The notes beneath the pieces were generated by a model that had not been told where the DNA came from, did no database searches, and saw nothing but the letters and a program-made list of their open reading frames with translations. A program made the position numbers and the translations under genes. Below are positions 63,946 to 64,000 of a stretch of 64,000 nt of DNA, piece by piece (position 1 is the stretch's first letter; each line of letters begins with the position of its first letter). Origin of the DNA: the human T2T-CHM13v2.0 reference genome, Homo sapiens; the NCBI RefSeq assembly GCF_009914755.1, contig NC_060943.1; one strand, written 5' to 3'.

Positions 63946-64000
63946 TATATGAAGATATTTCCATTTTCACCACAGGTCTCAAACTGCTCTCAAATATCCC
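63946..64000 (-). repeat. Alpha satellite, polarity returned to that of 1-43525
   Basis: tatatgaagatatttccattttcaccacagg.ctcaaactgctc..caaatatccc; only ~55 bp are visible. Confidence 0.8.

Overview
Human centromeric/pericentromeric alpha-satellite DNA; no genuine protein-coding genes. Human origin is inferred from an L1HS-Ta insertion. Bases 1-~10240 are the edge of a 16-monomer (2734 bp) higher-order repeat (HOR) array with about 3.75 copies and sparse CENP-B boxes that decay toward the edge. It gives way to ~53 kb of divergent monomeric alpha satellite. That region is interrupted by three L1PA3-like fragments (14074-15794 -, 43541-45403 +, 48520-50140 -), a ~180 bp TSD-flanked poly(A)-tailed non-L1 retrocopy (30139-30317), a twin-primed human-specific L1HS-Ta (51276-51543) and a truncated LTR12/ERV9 LTR (63044-63929). 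Satellite polarity flips at ~43.5-45.4 kb and flips back at ~63.95 kb. Both flips fall at truncated retroelements, and both junctions carry short fold-back (templated) filler. I found no evidence of a novel protein-coding system; the interesting biology is structural (rearrangement scars, retrotransposition products, HOR-edge decay). All subfamily calls are from remembered diagnostic motifs read by eye, not from a database search.
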